64,000 bases of DNA, taken from the NCBI GenBank assembly GCA_012295275.1, contig CM022668.1:9734001-9798000 (forward strand), written 5' to 3'. The notes below the pieces were generated by a model, which was not told the origin of the DNA, searched no databases, and saw only the letters and a program-made list of their open reading frames with translations. Positions 63,060 to 64,000 of this stretch are shown one piece after another (position 1 is the first letter of the stretch; each line of letters opens with the position of its first letter). Origin of the DNA: Chrysomallon squamiferum. Taxonomy: Eukaryota; Animalia; Mollusca. The translations under genes and the position numbers were made by a program.

Positions 63060-63670
63060 ACATATAGATTGTTTCATATCAAAATACATTTCATGTACAA
63101 TATTTTATTTTTTATACATTTGTAAACATATTGTTTCATTTGGTTCAAAAAATACATTTGTAAACATTGTTTCTCATGTACAATGTTTCATATCAAAATA
63201 CCTTTGTAAACATATTGTTTCTCATGTACAATGTTTCATATCAAAATACATTTGTAAACATTGTTTCTCATGTACAGTGTTTCATATCAAAATACATTCG
63301 TAAACATTGTTTCTCATGTACAATGTTTCATATCAAAATACCTTTGTAAACATATTGTTTCTCATGTACAATGTTTCATATCAAAATACATTCGTAAACA
63401 TATTGTTTCTCATGTACAATGTTTCATATCAAAATACATTTGTAAACATTGTTTCTCATGTACATTGTTTCATATCAAAATACATTTGTAAACATTGTTT
63501 CTCATGTACAGTGTTTCATATCAAAATACATTTGTAAACATTGTTTCTCATGTACAGTGTTTCATATCAAAATACATTTGTAAACATTGTTTCTCATATA
63601 CAATGTTTCATATCAAAATACATTTGTAAACATATTGTTTCTCATGTACAATGTTTCATATAAAAATACA
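63060..63670. repeat. 42-44 bp minisatellite (CATTTGTAAACATTGTTTCTCATGTACAATGTTTCATATCAAAATA), about a dozen well-preserved units
   Basis: Head-to-tail near-identical units with no unique spacers. Confidence 0.95.
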
Positions 63671-63762
63671 TCAAAAAACTCCCGTGAGAATAATCAGCTT
63701 AGTAAAAATATTTTTGTTTTAAATAATAGTACTAAAATTCAGAAAACTAAAACTACATTTAG

Positions 63763-63818
<56 letters not shown>

Positions 63819-63819
63819 T

Positions 63820-63864
<45 letters not shown>

Positions 63865-64000
63865 CACATATGCATGTGTGCTTATGTGTGTGTGATAATT
63901 CAAAGTTTATAAAAAACATTTTCAGCAGTTTCATGACTGTAGTGATCATATTAGAAGTCATGAATTATTAATTTTAATAAATACATTATTCAGTTAGTAT

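Noticed and set aside
63060-63670. CRISPR-like regular repeat array (also 45750-46420)
   Set aside because: Units are contiguous with no unique spacers, there are no cas genes, and the context is eukaryotic; these are minisatellites.

Overview
AT-rich, microsatellite-dense animal genomic DNA, probably from a gastropod mollusc (inferred from repeat style and gene structure, not proven). I reconstructed seven spliced protein-coding genes by hand from splice sites and reading-frame phase. They are: (1) the 3' part of an unidentified coiled-coil/disordered protein whose last exon contains a frameshift (554-5155, +); (2) NOP58, 15 coding exons (15691-26868, -); (3) a SOCS7-like gene with a very long tyrosine-motif-rich N-terminus (34530-41734, +); (4) a 3-exon, 84-aa secreted 8-Cys peptide absent from the ORF track (48329-49456, +); (5) MRPL10 (50211-54059, -); (6) a stand-alone NRF-domain protein with no acyltransferase domain (55731-58430, -); (7) the start of Hyccin/FAM126 (from 61731, +). 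LINE ORF1 and MULE transposase remnants, SINE-like repeats and minisatellites are also present. The most interesting structure is inside NOP58. Intron 2 holds a SNORD70-like snoRNA. Intron 9 holds three box C/D snoRNAs: two 5.8S guides and a one-base variant that may target 18S, separated by AG|GT recursive-splice-like sites. Intron 1 holds a candidate 29-nt poison exon masked by a long-range stem. Degenerate copies of splice junctions ('junction echoes') recur next to real exons in most genes. Most short ORFs in the track are microsatellite artefacts.
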